A DNA stretch of 64,000 nt, taken from positions 1,148,529-1,212,528 of the forward strand of contig NW_019091360.1 of the NCBI RefSeq assembly GCF_001949145.1. The letters are read 5' to 3'. Every line of letters begins with the position of its first letter. Within the stretch, counting starts at the first letter, position 1. The translations under genes and the position numbers were made by a program. The notes under the pieces were generated by a model, which was not told where the DNA came from, made no database searches, and saw only the letters and a program-made list of their open reading frames with translations. Shown one piece after another: positions 63,579 through 64,000 of the stretch. Source of the DNA: Acanthaster planci. Its lineage: Eukaryota.

Positions 63579-64000
63579 TTTCCCAAACAACGTTGGGGGG
63601 GGGGAACGATCTATAATTCGTACACTAAATCAATGAACTTTATCCTTGAGTCGGCCATGTTGAAATGGGAAGAAAAGTCAACTTTCCATTTTTGAACTTG
63701 AGTGCACCAGTGAATTTGTGATCAAGTTTCCTGACAAATTACTCTGAGGAACAGATTGAAATTTGTGATAAAAAGTACATAGACGTCAGTGTTTTTATAC
63801 AAGATTTACCCAAAAAGAAAGGAATTAGGGGAACCCACTAAAGTCCTAAAATAGTCTGATATCATTTTATACAACAATTAGCAATTTAGAGCAAAGATAT
63901 GAGGGACAAGATTATGAATGGCTCACTCAGGATTAACGTCCGTTCTATTGAACGTCCATTAACATGATTTTGTGTTGGTTGTACCGAAGGAACTCAAACG

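Noticed and set aside
1..64000. Prokaryotic-type systems (operons, defence islands, rRNA or tRNA genes)
   Set aside because: Spliceosomal gene structure throughout; no such elements seen.

Overview
This is eukaryotic (metazoan invertebrate) genomic DNA: AT-rich, intron-rich, dense in TACATGTA motifs (which suggests a lophotrochozoan, by inference only), with three N gaps. It holds four genes. (1) The last three exons of ARMC4/ODAD2 (+, 1-1352). (2) A complete TRAK/Milton mitochondrial trafficking adaptor (-, 15 coding exons, 43594->5775, about 1141 aa, all splice phases consistent). (3) Head-to-head with TRAK, a 4-exon divergent DNA primase large-subunit (PRIM2-like) gene (+, 53504-56901, about 694 aa). 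(4) The first coding exon of a probable type II membrane protein (+, 61330-61459). Introns carry LINE relics, MITEs and SINEs. The main find is in the 25.5-kb TRAK intron (16460-41925). It contains at least five ATG-initiated candidate mini-exons, all ending in phase-1 GT donors that fit the constant exon at 16459, forming a putative array of variable N-termini. Two of them are 52-nt paralogues with synonymous-site divergence. The second find is that the PRIM2-like gene looks like a paralogue with all four Fe-S cysteines, an extra Cys/His insert and a ~240-aa insertion. All homology calls rest on recalled family motifs; no searches were run.
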